Of a DNA stretch of 64,000 bases, positions 62,420 to 64,000 are shown in pieces. The stretch covers positions 186,001 to 250,000 of the forward strand of contig NIVC01000606.1 of assembly GCA_002269645.1 (NCBI GenBank), in the 5' to 3' direction. The notes beneath the pieces are model-generated. The model made no database searches, had not been told where the DNA came from, and saw nothing but the letters and a program-made list of their open reading frames with translations. The DNA comes from Macrostomum lignano. Its lineage: Eukaryota. The position numbers were made by a program, and so were the translations under genes. Every line of letters begins with the position of its first letter. Positions within the stretch are counted from its first letter, which is position 1.

Positions 62420-64000
62420 ACTTTCGTAGCATCTGCGTCCTTAACACCAAGCGTGAAATTTACAATACGGCTGTTTGTTTATTGTTTAAGTTATTATCGA
62501 CTAAAAACCTGCATTTCTCATTCATCTTTGATGTCAATCAAGTCTGTCATCGTGTTTGTCAGACGAAATAATAAGCGAGTGGTTTTTATTAAAGGCTCTG
62601 AAAGCTTCTACAGTGACTAGACAGAAAAATGTTTCTTCTGAAATCCAACCTTCCCTGATAATGTGCGGAATTTTTCGACTTTCTTCTGAATTACGAAAGT
62701 TTGGTCTGCTGGGAATAGCGGCAAAGAACCATTATTGACAAAATGTAAAAAAATGTTAAATTTCATGCATCGATTTGTGTAAAATAAAATAAATGTTCAG
62801 TCATGCACTCGTATGTATGTATTGAAGACTGCAGCTTAGTATTATACTGTAAGTATTTAAAATGTTAATTTTAACTAAATTCATGACTTAATGTCACATT
62901 TGTGTACATTTTCTTGTTTTTATTTCTCTATGTATGTTCGGATGTATGTCTCTTCTCTATGTATCTACTATATGGTTATTGTTACATTAAGTTTTCAACG
63001 TTGTGAAAGTGGCTGCTATTTGAGTTTTCGATGTGAAATTTCGACCTTGTAAAAGCACTCCCCCCTGATGGCACAGAAAAAATAATAGTGCACAGAACAT
63101 TCACAACCCATAATTGCAGGCTGGCAAGCCATCGCTCCCTAAAAATAAACGGCCACTGTTCGCCATCATATCTGCCAAAACTAGGGTCCCGTCTGGCGTC
63201 TATGCTATAATAAGGGGGTTGTGCAGTTTTGCTTTGCAACTTGGCTGAGCGACCGAATTCTTGTTTAAATCCACAATTTGGCTGGTAGAGGGTTGTGAAA
63301 TGTATAAATAATGGGATCTAAACGCTATGATATCAAAAAGCTGTCTGCGACAGTTAGACAATGGAAAACGCCCGCAATGATTGATTGTTTTATATCGCAT
63401 GTTTTGTTGTTTTGTTTCGTTTGCTGCCTTTCAATAATAATATAGTTTAAATTCATCAGTTTACCAATGCTATTCTGGTTTTTGTTCCTTTATTATTTCT
63501 ATGCTCGAATCGCTTTAGTAGCTCAGGCAATACCATATCTAAATAAATTTCACAATTCTTTAACAGGTACAGGTAGGGCTGGTAGGCACTTTATGATAGG
63601 ATAGGAAACAATTTAAATCATTTTTTAGGTTTTTGATAGAAGAGATTAAACTAAGGCTTCTCTTATCAGAAGTAAGAAATAGTGTAAAAAATGCTGTTAT
63701 TATCAAAACGCTTTGATCGGATAAACCTCTTTATTAAGACTTACTAAGCAATGGGGATTGGGGGGAGGCAATGCAGATTGCAGACAAAATGACTAAATCA
63801 ATTGCGCTGCAGGAAAAAAGCATTGCGGGCAAACCTCCGCACGAAAAAACTCGGCAGGCAATTTGTCTGCTGGCGATTATCGTGCTCCCTTGTAGGACAA
63901 AATCGGCTGTGTGACTATGCTAGGCTTGAGCTGTGTGTACATGGCTAGCGTTGGGCTGGAGGGGTGGGTTAAAGTATCGATCGCCTCCACAATTCCTTTC

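Overview
This is eukaryotic (metazoan) genomic DNA. The GC-rich exons, GT-AG introns and repeat load resemble a lophotrochozoan, possibly a Macrostomum-like flatworm (inference; not established from the sequence). Six spliced host genes can be rebuilt by hand: a rhodopsin-family peptide GPCR (-), an AK5-like protein with two degenerate P-loops (+), a Cys-loop acetylcholine receptor subunit with the anion-selective PAK motif (+), a KDM2-like JmjC-CXXC-PHD demethylase (-), ILRUN/C6orf106 (+) and an RRM plus two-Tudor protein (+). Introns and spacers hold many micro- and minisatellites, and three of these start exactly at coding boundaries. A transposon nest at 39-57 kb contains three Gypsy relics, an RTE fragment, a piggyBac fragment, a near-intact Crypton tyrosine recombinase and several MITEs with perfect 8-bp target duplications. 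The strongest new observation is a 1,177-bp P/Galileo-like element (43799-44975) with ~153-bp TIRs, a perfect 8-bp TSD and a THAP-only ORF reminiscent of KP repressors. It lies within a cluster of TGTCTATGGC(C) motifs around the Crypton. Two gene junctions (AK5-like, KDM2) do not splice cleanly, which may be assembly error. No databases were searched; all family calls come from motif recognition.
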